Assembly (NCBI GenBank): GCA_048941285.1
Contig: JBHLNS010000008.1
Span: 1 to 64,000 of the forward strand
From: Promethearchaeota archaeon
GTDB lineage: Archaea > Asgardarchaeota > Lokiarchaeia > Sigyniarchaeales > SOKP01
DNA length: 64,000 bases
Reading direction: 5' to 3'
Positions 50,167 through 60,246 of this stretch are shown one piece after another. The notes below the pieces were generated by a model that was given only the letters and a program-made list of their open reading frames with translations, was not told the DNA's origin and searched no databases. A program made the translations under genes and the position numbers. Within the stretch, counting starts at the first letter, position 1; each line of letters opens with the position of its first letter.

Positions 50167-50547
50167 TCAGTTCCTACTTATTGATTCTCCTAAATTTTTC
50201 TCAATGATTATTAGCTGTTTTAGATATTCCTTATATATTTTTAAGAGGTATTCGCCCCAATTATTTAATTTAACCCAACCTCCTCCCCCGCGACCTCCTT
50301 TACCAGTTTTTACAACAGACATACCAGTTCTTTTTTCTATTCTTTTCAAAATATTCCATGCATATTTGTAAGAATAACCACATTCCTTAGCGGCTAAAGT
50401 GAGGGATCCATCTTCATTTTTTTCTATTCTGTCTAGCAATTCAGCCCATCCTGATCCTAAAATACTTTTATTATCAAATTCTAACCAAAATTTTATACCA
50501 AAACCTACTTTTGACTTTAAACTTTCAATATTGGATTGATTTTCCAT
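50167..50547 (-). CDS. ModE-type (LysR-like HTH) transcriptional regulator
   Basis: KFWLE…LGSG..ELL…GSLTLAAKECGYSYKYAW…GGRGGGG. Confidence 0.85.
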   Translation of the reverse strand: MENQSNIESLKSKVGFGIKFWLEFDNKSILGSGWAELLDRIEKNEDGSLTLAAKECGYSYKYAWNILKRIEKRTGMSVVKTGKGGRGGGGWVKLNNWGEYLLKIYKEYLKQLIIIEKNLGESISRN

Positions 50548-50659
50548 ACTAATATTATTGGTTTTTTAATGATTTAATAATTTCTTTTATATCAGAAAAG
50601 AAAAACATAAATGTTAAGCTCTTTTTATCTCTTTAGTTATATAGATTAAAATATAGATT

Positions 50660-51421
50660 ATGTTTTTTTCGAGTGGAGAATCTGAAAAAAAGGGGAGAGA
50701 AGTTTTAAAAAATCTTTATTATTTTTCAGAAAGTCAAATGTTAGATTGCAATCAATATATCATACAAGATTTAGGAACTAAAGAACTAGCTTTATTTGAT
50801 ACAGGTAATGGAATTTCTCTCAAAGGTTTATTTAAAGGTATGGCAAAACACAATCTTGAACCTTCCAATATAACAAAAGTCTTCTTAACTCATGAGCATG
50901 TAGATCATACTCTAGGACTTTATCCATTAATTAAATTAATGGCTGATAACCCTCCTCAGATTTATGCTTACGGTGAAACTACTAAAATATTAAGAGAGGG
51001 AGATGTAAGTAGAATATTTCCTGGAAATCTTGGCATCAAACCAAGCATGTTTGGAGTGGAAATTATTCCATTGAAAGTGATAAATTTAGAAAAGACTAAT
51101 AAAGTTAGAATATCTTCTGAATTTGAGTTTCAAATTCATTATACTCCGGGACATTCTTTAGGATCAATATGTTATTATGAATCTGCTAAAAAGATTTTAA
51201 TTCCTGGAGATTTAATTTTTCAAATGGATAAATTTTATAATATTGGGAGTTTTGGTCGTTATGATTTTCCAGGAGGATCATTAAATGCTTTGAAAAAATC
51301 GATTAAATACATTGCAGAATTTGATGTTTCGATTTTACTTCCTGGTCATATGGGCATTGTCTTGGAAAACGCAAACCAGCATATCGCAGCAGCTTATAAA
51401 ACTATACAGACACTTCGATAA
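50660..51421 (+). CDS. Metallo-beta-lactamase fold hydrolase
   Basis: THEHVDH, TPGHSLG, GD, LLPGH. Confidence 0.9.
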   Translation: MFFSSGESEKKGREVLKNLYYFSESQMLDCNQYIIQDLGTKELALFDTGNGISLKGLFKGMAKHNLEPSNITKVFLTHEHVDHTLGLYPLIKLMADNPPQIYAYGETTKILREGDVSRIFPGNLGIKPSMFGVEIIPLKVINLEKTNKVRISSEFEFQIHYTPGHSLGSICYYESAKKILIPGDLIFQMDKFYNIGSFGRYDFPGGSLNALKKSIKYIAEFDVSILLPGHMGIVLENANQHIAAAYKTIQTLR

Positions 51422-51576
51422 TAGAATCATGCACTCAATGCATAAAATGATAACACTCACCATTAATATTCTGCTTTTAAATTAATTCTCCAAGATACTA
51501 ATATTTAAATAACCCTTCAATCTATTATCTTTATAATCTACCTTAAAATTTAAAAAAAAAAAAGTGAAAATATATT

Positions 51577-52245
51577 ATGTCCGAACAAAAAAAACAAGTT
51601 AAGCACCCAACTGAAATTTTTATTCGTTCTTATCCAAAAATAATCTTTTTCTATCCATTATTAGTTACATCCTTGATTCTCTGGCTGATTCAGATGTTCA
51701 TAGCCCCAAATAATGTTTTAGGATATATTTGGTTTATAGTATTTTTTGTAAATATTTTTGTAACCGCATTTGATTTCTCTTCGACTAAATTCTTCGTCTT
51801 AATTTTGGCCATAGTAATCGTTGTCTTAATTGTTGCTTTCTTAGTCCTTCCGAATGTTACAATTTCGCTTATAGGAATTAGTCTTGATCTGGCATTGCCT
51901 TGGGAGTTCTATATGTTAATGACTTTAATATTAGGATTTATCTTGGGAATTATATTCATAAGTACGAGATTTGATTATTATAAAATAGAAAGAAATGAAA
52001 TAATCCATAAAAATGGTATTTTTAGTTCAGCTGAACGATTCCCAGTAAAAAGCCTAAGATTTAAAAAAGAGATTCCTGATGTATTTGAATTTTTTATGTT
52101 GCGTGCTGGGCGATTGACTATAATGCCTGGAAAAGCTGATGAAGTAATGATCTTACCCACAGTCTTAAATATTAATAAAAGGGAAGAGCAACTTGATTGG
52201 TTGCTTTCTCACGTGTCTGTTGAACCAGATGAAATAGATCAATAA
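51577..52245 (+). CDS. Membrane protein, 4 TM plus possible PH-like C-terminal domain
   Basis: Four hydrophobic segments, then YYKIERNEIIHKNGIF…ERF…GRLTI. Confidence 0.65.
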   Translation: MSEQKKQVKHPTEIFIRSYPKIIFFYPLLVTSLILWLIQMFIAPNNVLGYIWFIVFFVNIFVTAFDFSSTKFFVLILAIVIVVLIVAFLVLPNVTISLIGISLDLALPWEFYMLMTLILGFILGIIFISTRFDYYKIERNEIIHKNGIFSSAERFPVKSLRFKKEIPDVFEFFMLRAGRLTIMPGKADEVMILPTVLNINKREEQLDWLLSHVSVEPDEIDQ

Positions 52246-52345
52246 AATTAGAAATAATACATATTCTTTTTTTTTAATTTTTTATCCTTTTTCTAAAATT
52301 AACATAGATAAATTTAATTTGTAAATAGCACTTTAAAATACAGTT

Positions 52346-53071
52346 ATGTCTCATCCACCCATTTTGTTATTTGATTTTGATGGTGTTGTTATAACTCAAA
52401 AATCTCTGGAATATACGGCATCCAAATTAATAAAAAATGATTTTTATGGATGGAAAAATATTCAGAATATGAGATTAATAGATTTTGCTAGACTTATTGA
52501 GGAATCCGACTCCAAAAATCAATTGGCAGCTCTAAAAAGAATTAACAAAGCATATAAGCCATATATTCCAAGTATATGGAAAAGAAATCTATTTTTCATT
52601 AAATTCAGGCGTATGTATCCTATGCTTGAAAAGTATGAGATATTAAAACCTAATCTAGAACTAATTTTAAACCACCTTAAAAGGAACAATTTTCAATTAG
52701 GAATTGTCTCTAATACAAGTAAAAATAGATTAGATTTTTTTCGAAAGAAATTTAATTTAGATAAGTATTTTTCTGTCTTTATCTCTCGTGATGATTCTCC
52801 ATTAAGGAAACCTAACCCATACCCAATTATAGTAGCATTAATTAAAATTAAGAAAAATTTTAATTATTCAATAAATAAGAACAATGTGTATTATATCGGT
52901 GATCTTCCAGCAGATATAGAATGTGCTAGGAACGCAGGTATCAAAAGTATTGCTTTACTTTCTGGTCATGGCAGAAAGGGTGATTTAGAAAAATCGAATC
53001 CAACTTATTTGATTCCAAATATTAAGAACATTTTAGAAATTGATTATTTCAAAAAATTCTTATTGAATTGA
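52346..53071 (+). CDS. HAD-family hydrolase (phosphoglycolate phosphatase-like)
   Basis: FDFDGV, IVSN, RKPNP, YIGDLPADI. Confidence 0.9.
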   Translation: MSHPPILLFDFDGVVITQKSLEYTASKLIKNDFYGWKNIQNMRLIDFARLIEESDSKNQLAALKRINKAYKPYIPSIWKRNLFFIKFRRMYPMLEKYEILKPNLELILNHLKRNNFQLGIVSNTSKNRLDFFRKKFNLDKYFSVFISRDDSPLRKPNPYPIIVALIKIKKNFNYSINKNNVYYIGDLPADIECARNAGIKSIALLSGHGRKGDLEKSNPTYLIPNIKNILEIDYFKKFLLN

Positions 53072-53090
53072 ACACTTTTTAACATTAAAT

Positions 53091-55820
53091 ATGTTTAATC
53101 TTGAAGAATTTAAGGATAGCTTAATTCTTGAAAAAGTTGATAAGCTAAATAAATACTTTTTTAAGAAAAAATCTGATAAAATATCTAAAATACTCAAAGA
53201 ATTTTTAGCTTTATTAGATCAACAAGAATATGTTGTACCAATTACATATATTTTAAGTATTATAGCAGAAAAGGAAATAGAACTTATTTCTGAAGGATTA
53301 ATAGAAAGAATTGAGGTTTTTTTCAACTCTGAGAATACTAAACTAAGGATTAACTCACTAATTATTATTGGATTTTTTATACAAGCAAATCCAAATTATA
53401 TTAAAAAATATTTTCAAGAATTCGTAAAATTCCTATTAGATGATTTTGAGGATGTTAGAAATAATATTCACTACTTTCTGCCAAAATTGGTTGAATTAAA
53501 ACCTGAATTAGCAAAAGATAATATAGATATCATCTTACAGAGTTTTGAAATTGAACAAAACAATGATAATCTTATTTCTTTATTAAAATTATTGCTTAAA
53601 TGTGAAATTCTTGAATTTGATCAGTTATATACTATTAAAAATATTTTAAAATCAATTCTTAACATAATTGAAATCAAAGAAAACTCTAAATTATTTAGAG
53701 AAGTAATAAATATAATAAAAAAGGTATATTCAGAGCTCGTTAAACTCGATTTGGAGAAAGAAGGTGCTGGAATAATCATAAACTTATTAGAAAATCAATT
53801 TTTAATGAAAAAAACAAATTTTACTGAAGTAGGTAGAAAAACTGGGATACAATTAAAAGACTATTTAAAGAAATTTGTAAAATCTAAGTTAAAGGATAAA
53901 AAAATCTTTTTTTATATTAAAACAAAAGAAAATTTGATATATATTTATGAATTAGAAAAAAGCAAATTAAAAAGATTCTTTGAGCAGAAAATTAAAATAT
54001 CAGATGAGCTTATCAAGAAAACTTTTTCGCAAGTTATAGATAATGGCTCAGAATTAAAAATTTTTATCAAAACGTTAAATAACTTAAAATTAATTGATGG
54101 TTATTATTCTAACATTGGATTTTTTTATCCAACTATTTATATAAAGTCAATGTTATTAGAAGATTTACAAACAAATGGAGCTATAAGCATAAAAAAGTTC
54201 AATTTTCTTCCACATAATTTTATTGAAAGAATCATTAAAGATATTTCCAAGGTTACCAATCAAAAATTTTTAAGACATAAAGATAAAGAAACTTATATAT
54301 CTTTAAAAAAAGTTAAAGATCAAATTAATTCTGAAGCAGCAAAAAAAAGTGTTATAGAATTACGACAATATCGTGAGATTTTATTTGATGAAGATTTCAT
54401 AAAATTGATAAAAAATATGCCTAGAGCGTTTTTATCAGAATTTCATAAAGGAACACAGTGGTTAACTAATCTAGGGTCACAAAAAATTAGTAATGAGATC
54501 CAAAATTCTAAAATAGTTGGTTATTTTAACATTTCTAAAGTATCTGATAAATTAAATATAGCAGAGCTTCTATTATTAGACGTTTTTGAACAATTTGTAG
54601 ATTATAGAAGTGGGATTTGGAATAGAGAAAAAAATATCTTTTATTATTCAAAGTATTTAAAAGAAAAAATCGATCAAATTAGTTTAGTTTCTGATGAACA
54701 TGAAAAATTGCAGCAAATTGAAGTGATCTCTACAGAACTTAATATTGATAAGAATCATATTTTATCCAAAATAGATGAAAATTTACAATTGATTGCAGAA
54801 GAAATAAAACAGAAAGATCAAATAATATTAAGTGAATACCTCCAAAAAACAGGGATGGAATTAGATGATTTTTTGACATTTATTGATGATTTAGATATTC
54901 ATTACTTCAGAAAGGCGGATTTATTAATTTTTAATACTCAGAAAATTGATGAGGCAAAAAATGAAATAAAATATATGTTAATTGATAAGTCTAAATCAGA
55001 GGATTATATACCACTAGGAACAATGAAATTTATTCAATCAACTCTGATTGAAGATTTAATGAAGGAATTACTACAAGATGGAAAGTTAAAAGGCATTTTT
55101 CATGAAGAGGAAGGAGAACTCATTTTTTATACGGAACGAGGAATCGGTAAGTTGATGCTAGAAAATAGCTTACTTTTTTCATTTCATGATTTATTTTATG
55201 GTAAGGAATTAAATCAAGAAGAAATTGATTTATTGAAGGGAATATTTGAAGATTTAATTAAAAGTAGAGTTATCAAAGGAGATTTTGATGAGGAAACGTT
55301 AACTTTTTCTAGTGATGAAGTATTATTTGCGAAAGATTACAATATTGTTTTATCGGAATTTGAAAAAATGGTAGAAAATTATATTAAGAATTTTGAAATT
55401 GAATTCCAAAAGATCAAAAAAATTCTTATTAAGAGAGAAGAAACAATTTTTCCACAAGAGATAAAGTATATTCAAGATATTATTGACAAAATTAATGAGA
55501 AATATATTAATTGGAGAAGTGGTTTAGAAGCTTTTATACGTAGAACTAATAAAAAGTTATTAAGAGATCAAGGTATTAGCGTAAGACAATATAAAACCAT
55601 TCTCTCAAAAGAAAAAAAAGAAGAAATAAAATCATTAGAGCAAGATCCCGAAGTACATGAGCTTTTAAATAAATTTAATAATTGGGTAAAAAGATATAAT
55701 AAAATTGAATTAAAATATCCAAATATAATATTTTACCAAAAAAGATTGATGAATAATCCAGAAGACAGGGAGTCTAATACTAAATTAATAGAATTATTAG
55801 ATGAATTAGAGTTAAAATAG
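53091..55820 (+). CDS. Large protein: HEAT-like repeats + tandem winged-helix/PCI-like repeats
   Basis: N-terminal helical repeats (LLDDFEDVRNN); repeated helix-G-x-I-x-I…wing units; IKGDFDEETLTF PCI-like wing. Confidence 0.6.
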   Translation: MFNLEEFKDSLILEKVDKLNKYFFKKKSDKISKILKEFLALLDQQEYVVPITYILSIIAEKEIELISEGLIERIEVFFNSENTKLRINSLIIIGFFIQANPNYIKKYFQEFVKFLLDDFEDVRNNIHYFLPKLVELKPELAKDNIDIILQSFEIEQNNDNLISLLKLLLKCEILEFDQLYTIKNILKSILNIIEIKENSKLFREVINIIKKVYSELVKLDLEKEGAGIIINLLENQFLMKKTNFTEVGRKTGIQLKDYLKKFVKSKLKDKKIFFYIKTKENLIYIYELEKSKLKRFFEQKIKISDELIKKTFSQVIDNGSELKIFIKTLNNLKLIDGYYSNIGFFYPTIYIKSMLLEDLQTNGAISIKKFNFLPHNFIERIIKDISKVTNQKFLRHKDKETYISLKKVKDQINSEAAKKSVIELRQYREILFDEDFIKLIKNMPRAFLSEFHKGTQWLTNLGSQKISNEIQNSKIVGYFNISKVSDKLNIAELLLLDVFEQFVDYRSGIWNREKNIFYYSKYLKEKIDQISLVSDEHEKLQQIEVISTELNIDKNHILSKIDENLQLIAEEIKQKDQIILSEYLQKTGMELDDFLTFIDDLDIHYFRKADLLIFNTQKIDEAKNEIKYMLIDKSKSEDYIPLGTMKFIQSTLIEDLMKELLQDGKLKGIFHEEEGELIFYTERGIGKLMLENSLLFSFHDLFYGKELNQEEIDLLKGIFEDLIKSRVIKGDFDEETLTFSSDEVLFAKDYNIVLSEFEKMVENYIKNFEIEFQKIKKILIKREETIFPQEIKYIQDIIDKINEKYINWRSGLEAFIRRTNKKLLRDQGISVRQYKTILSKEKKEEIKSLEQDPEVHELLNKFNNWVKRYNKIELKYPNIIFYQKRLMNNPEDRESNTKLIELLDELELK

Positions 55821-55827
55821 GTCATTT

Positions 55828-56109
55828 TTATTTTCTTTTACCGTTATTAGCAAGAAAATCGTCTACATCAATTTTTTCTCTTGAAATAATTTTATAAGTT
55901 TTTGGATTAGTGATCCCGTTCAACCTTAAAATTCCTTGATCTTCAAGATATTTCAAAGCTCTCCAAATAAAATTAATTTTAGATCGATTTGAAGATTTAA
56001 TATTATTACATCTTCTTATTCTTTTAGCATTTACAATAGTTACATTGTTATCAATTAATTTATTAATCGCTTCTACTGTTTCTTTTAAATTCTTCTGAAA
56101 AAAATCCAT
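55828..56109 (-). CDS. Small winged-helix-like protein
   Basis: INFIWRALKYLEDQGIL…PKTYKI. Confidence 0.65.
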   Translation of the reverse strand: MDFFQKNLKETVEAINKLIDNNVTIVNAKRIRRCNNIKSSNRSKINFIWRALKYLEDQGILRLNGITNPKTYKIISREKIDVDDFLANNGKRK

Positions 56110-56335
56110 ATTTAAAGCGAACCCTCAAATTAAAAGTTAATTACTAGTACTCTCCTCAATTAAAATAATAATTAAAAAAGTTAAATTGACATTGCTTAAG
56201 TATTATAAAATTATATTTAGAAGTTTATATAGTTTTTGCATGTAAAGAGACTGAGCCTCAAAACTTTAACTCATCGAAATATTGAATAGAATAGACAATT
56301 TAATTTAATAGAAGTTAACTCATTTATTTTTTGGA

Positions 56336-57940
56336 TTAATGTCGGAAAACTCTTTTTCCACAGAATATTAAAGCACAGCCTAATTCGTCTGCGCGTTTAA
56401 TTACTTCCTTGTCTCTTATGGAACCTCCGGGATTAATAATAGCTTTTGCACCACTATTTACAGCAACTTCTAAACCATCAGGAAATGGAAAAAAAGAATC
56501 TGTACCCATAAAGGCCCCTTTTAGTTCTTCTTCATGCCCAAATTCTTTTGCTTTTTGAGCTGCTAACTTAACTACATGAACTCTACTATGTTGTCCAGCT
56601 CCAATACCCAATGTATAAATACCATCATCATAGATTTGAGCAAAACATGCTGAATTTGATTTAGCCCATTTTGATACTCTATAAGCAAAAAGTAATGCCT
56701 CTTTTTCAAGTTCATTTACTTTTTTTTTGCTAACTACATTCCATTCTTTAACAATTGGTTTAGTATCATACTCTTGAACAAGAATACCCCCTAATACTCC
56801 CCTAATTTCTAAATTCTTATTAATTTTACTACTTTTACTAATTAATTCTTTATAGTCAATAATTCTTAAATTCTCCTTTTGTTTTAATATCTCTAAAGCT
56901 TCTTCCTCGAAAGAGGGTGCGATTATAACTTCTACAAATATTTTTTCTTGATTTATGATAAAATCTGCTACTTCCCTCTTTAGTTCTTTGTTAACTCCCC
57001 AAATCCCTCCGAATGCAGATAAAGGATCTGTACTAAATGCTTTTTTAACTGAGGTTAATTGATCTTTTTTATCTATAGCTACCCCATTTGGACTTGTATG
57101 TTTTAAAATTGCTGTTACGTAGTGTTGAGTATCAAAATCCAAAAGAACCCGTATACAAGAGTCTATATCTAAATAATTGTTAAATGAGAGGTCTTTACCA
57201 CTAAGTTGTTTCAAGAGATGAAGCCCATATTGAGAAGAAGTATCTTTATAATAAGCAGCTTCTTGATCCCAGTTTTCTCCATATCTGCAATCTTGTACTT
57301 TTTCATAAACTTTTATCATGGTATTAGGAAAAATAGCAGCTGGATTGTAAAATTTTTGTAAAAAGTTTGCAATTGAAGCATTATAATCTGCCATAATTGA
57401 AAAAACCTCTTGGGCTAGTAATAATCGAGTATTTTCGGTAATTGCTCCCTTATTTTTTCTCATCTCATCAATAATTTCATCATAATATTCTGGACTGGGA
57501 ACTACAATAACATCTGGAAAATTTTTTGCTGCTGCGCGAATCATTGTAGGGCCACCGATATCAATCATCTCTAATGCATCATCAATTTTTATTCCAGGTT
57601 TCTCAATTGCTTCTTTAAATTGATATAAATTACAAACAACCATATCGATTGGTTTAATATTATATTTTTCAGCTTCGTCGGTATCTTTCTTTAATCCTCT
57701 ACGATATAAAATGCCTCCTTCAATTCTTGGATGTAATGTCTTAATTCTGCCATTAAACATCTCAGGAGTTTCAGTGAAGTTAGAGATTTTTGTATAAGAA
57801 ATTCCATTTTTCTCCAAAATATTTCCAGTACCTCCTGTAGATAAGATGTCAACTCCAAACTCACTTACCAATACCTTTACAAACTCAAGGATTCCAGTTT
57901 TATCAAAGACACTAATAATTGCTCTTTCTATTTTTTTCAT
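56336..57940 (-). CDS. purH: Bifunctional AICAR transformylase/IMP cyclohydrolase
   Basis: AIISVFDKTG, STGGT, GRIKTLHP, IDIGGPTMIRAAAKN, RYGEN, KHTSP, DSFFPF, PGGSIRD, RVFRH. Confidence 0.97.
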   Translation of the reverse strand: MKKIERAIISVFDKTGILEFVKVLVSEFGVDILSTGGTGNILEKNGISYTKISNFTETPEMFNGRIKTLHPRIEGGILYRRGLKKDTDEAEKYNIKPIDMVVCNLYQFKEAIEKPGIKIDDALEMIDIGGPTMIRAAAKNFPDVIVVPSPEYYDEIIDEMRKNKGAITENTRLLLAQEVFSIMADYNASIANFLQKFYNPAAIFPNTMIKVYEKVQDCRYGENWDQEAAYYKDTSSQYGLHLLKQLSGKDLSFNNYLDIDSCIRVLLDFDTQHYVTAILKHTSPNGVAIDKKDQLTSVKKAFSTDPLSAFGGIWGVNKELKREVADFIINQEKIFVEVIIAPSFEEEALEILKQKENLRIIDYKELISKSSKINKNLEIRGVLGGILVQEYDTKPIVKEWNVVSKKKVNELEKEALLFAYRVSKWAKSNSACFAQIYDDGIYTLGIGAGQHSRVHVVKLAAQKAKEFGHEEELKGAFMGTDSFFPFPDGLEVAVNSGAKAIINPGGSIRDKEVIKRADELGCALIFCGKRVFRH

Positions 57941-57999
57941 AAAAATCAATTTGGACTAATTTAGTTACATTTTAATAATATATGTAAAATAGAAAAGTT

Positions 58000-58039
58000 T
58001 ACTATTGTTGAAACCTAAATTTATAAAGTTTCAATAGTA
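58000..58039. promoter_or_regulatory. Inverted repeat flanking a TATA-like box between purH and the SRPBCC gene
   Basis: TACTAT-tgt-TGAAAC-ctaaatttataaa-GTTTCA-ATAGTA. Confidence 0.4.
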
Positions 58040-58156
58040 GAATACAAAGCAATTAGTATTATAAAAAAATCCTGTTTTTTTCTATTTCTACGACACAAAT
58101 GTATAAAAATGATGATGCCCTAAATTAAACCGAAATCAAATGGAGGTTATCATTAT

Positions 58157-58588
58157 ATGAGATTAGAGAAAAAAATTGAGATTAATTCTACTCCTAAAAG
58201 GATATATGATATTGTAATTGATGGTGAAATTGTAACAAAATGGAACTTAGGGGTTGATGATATACAACCGAAAGAGGAAGGTAAAAATTTTCTGTTAAAA
58301 ACTAAAGTTGGAGATATCCTAATTGTTAATTGGGAACAAAAGGAAAATGAATATGTAACTTGGCATATGAAAGATAGTGACATGAATTCTATTGGATATA
58401 TTCTAAAACCAAAAGGAGATATGGTGCATACAACCCTATGGGTTGATTTTGAGAACAAGAAACTCAAAAAGTCTTTTGAGAAAATAGGTGACTTAACATT
58501 AAAAAGTTTAAAGAATTTCATTGATTTTATTGAAGAAGGTGGAAACATAGAAGATTATGATAAGAAACAACTCATGGTAATTCCTTAA
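58157..58588 (+). CDS. SRPBCC (START-like) family protein
   Basis: KKIEINSTPKRIYDIV.D…KWN…LKSLKNFI; SD GGAGG. Confidence 0.75.
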   Translation: MRLEKKIEINSTPKRIYDIVIDGEIVTKWNLGVDDIQPKEEGKNFLLKTKVGDILIVNWEQKENEYVTWHMKDSDMNSIGYILKPKGDMVHTTLWVDFENKKLKKSFEKIGDLTLKSLKNFIDFIEEGGNIEDYDKKQLMVIP

Positions 58589-58642
58589 GTTATTCCTAAT
58601 CTTTTTTTTTTTTATATAAAGGCTGAAAGTCAGCGAGGAAAA

Positions 58643-60118
58643 TTAAAACTTTCCAATAAGATCATGAGGTTGAGTTTCAAGTTGCCCTACTGCTGAAATA
58701 ATTCCTAAAGCAGCTTCCTTCATCTCTTGAACAGATTTTGCTCCCGCATATATCATCCCGTTAGCTAATCCTTCTTTTAATGTTGCTAAAACTCCATTTA
58801 CATCTCCCACATAAGGCACATAATTTGAAACTCCCTCTGTTAGCATTTTTGAACCTTCAACATAACGATCTGATATATAACCAAATGTTCTTGCTTCTTT
58901 ACTTCCCATTCCGCGATAGACTTTTACCTTCCTTCCAGCGATAGTGTCAATAAAACCTGGAGATTCATCTGTACCAGCAAAAAAATGTCCAGACATTATC
59001 AAATCAGCCCCAGCAGCAATCGCTTTTGGTAAGTCACCTGGTTTAGTAAAACCTCCGTCTGCAATTAATGATAATTTTGGATTATAATCTTGTATGGCAT
59101 CAGCTACTTGCGCTGTAGCAAATAGAGTAGGAGCACCAACTCCAGTTTGTATCGAAGTTGTGCAAATAGACCCAGAGCCCATTCCCACTTTCAATCCAAT
59201 AAATCTTTCCTCTACAAAATCACATTTTGTAATCAAATATTCTGCTGCTTGATAAGTTCCAATATTCCCAAGAACAAAATCAGAATTTAAGAGCTTCATA
59301 ATTTTTGCTGTACCTTCAATGTCAGCCTTTTTAAAAAAATCAGCAACATCAATAAAGAAAATGTCAACATATTTATCAATTTCTTTTAACATATTCTGAG
59401 CTTGTGAGGATTCTGGAAATCTAGGTGACAATGCTAAAGCACATAATAAATGTCCTTCTTCATCTTTTGAAGCGAGAGGAAATTCTGGAGCTAAATCTTT
59501 TTTCGTAATCAATCCTTTTAAATACCCATCTTTGTCTATAATTGGCAATTTTTCTTTCCGTGACTCATAAAGAATTTTCAAAGCATCCTCCCTAGAGGCT
59601 CCTGGTTTAATAGAAATGACATTTTTTGTCATATAATCTTTTACAACCCCATTTTGCATATCATGCTCTGAAAAGGGAATATCCCGCTTGGTGAAAATAC
59701 CACAAACTTTCTTAGATTCGTTTACTACCACTATACCGCTTATATTATAGTTATCCATCATGTATTTTGCTTTAGCAACTTTGGCATCAGGATTAATAGT
59801 AGCTACATGTTCATCATCAATTACAAAGGATCTAGCTCTTTTTACAATTCTACACATTTCTAATTGTCTCTCGTAGGAGCAATTACGGTGGAGAACTCCT
59901 AATCCCCCATGTAATGCCATATTGATCGCCATTAACTCCTCAGTAACAGTGTCCATAGCTGAAGACATTATAGGAAGTGCTAAATGATGATTTCCTAAAT
60001 TTGAGGATAAATCAATTTCTTGAGGCGTGAAATTTGTAAATCCGGGGAGGATCAATACATCTTGAAATGTAGCAATTATATCTTCTGAATGGACTTTTTT
60101 GCGATAATTCTCAGTAAT
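58643..60118 (-). CDS. guaB: IMP dehydrogenase with CBS pair (proposed ATT start at 60118)
   Basis: TFQDVLILPG, SSAMDTVT, GMGSGSICTT, IADGG, YRGMGS; the conserved N-terminus extends 21 codons upstream of TTG 60055. Confidence 0.95.
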   Translation of the reverse strand: MTENYRKKVHSEDIIATFQDVLILPGFTNFTPQEIDLSSNLGNHHLALPIMSSAMDTVTEELMAINMALHGGLGVLHRNCSYERQLEMCRIVKRARSFVIDDEHVATINPDAKVAKAKYMMDNYNISGIVVVNESKKVCGIFTKRDIPFSEHDMQNGVVKDYMTKNVISIKPGASREDALKILYESRKEKLPIIDKDGYLKGLITKKDLAPEFPLASKDEEGHLLCALALSPRFPESSQAQNMLKEIDKYVDIFFIDVADFFKKADIEGTAKIMKLLNSDFVLGNIGTYQAAEYLITKCDFVEERFIGLKVGMGSGSICTTSIQTGVGAPTLFATAQVADAIQDYNPKLSLIADGGFTKPGDLPKAIAAGADLIMSGHFFAGTDESPGFIDTIAGRKVKVYRGMGSKEARTFGYISDRYVEGSKMLTEGVSNYVPYVGDVNGVLATLKEGLANGMIYAGAKSVQEMKEAALGIISAVGQLETQPHDLIGKF

Positions 60119-60246
60119 TTCTAGTCACCTTCTTGAAAATCAAATATAAATTGATTTCTATTCCTATTAAAACATATATAAATTATATCAGACTTAAAAA
60201 TTTTAGTATTGAATTACTGATTAAAAAAAAAGAAAAATTAAAAAAT

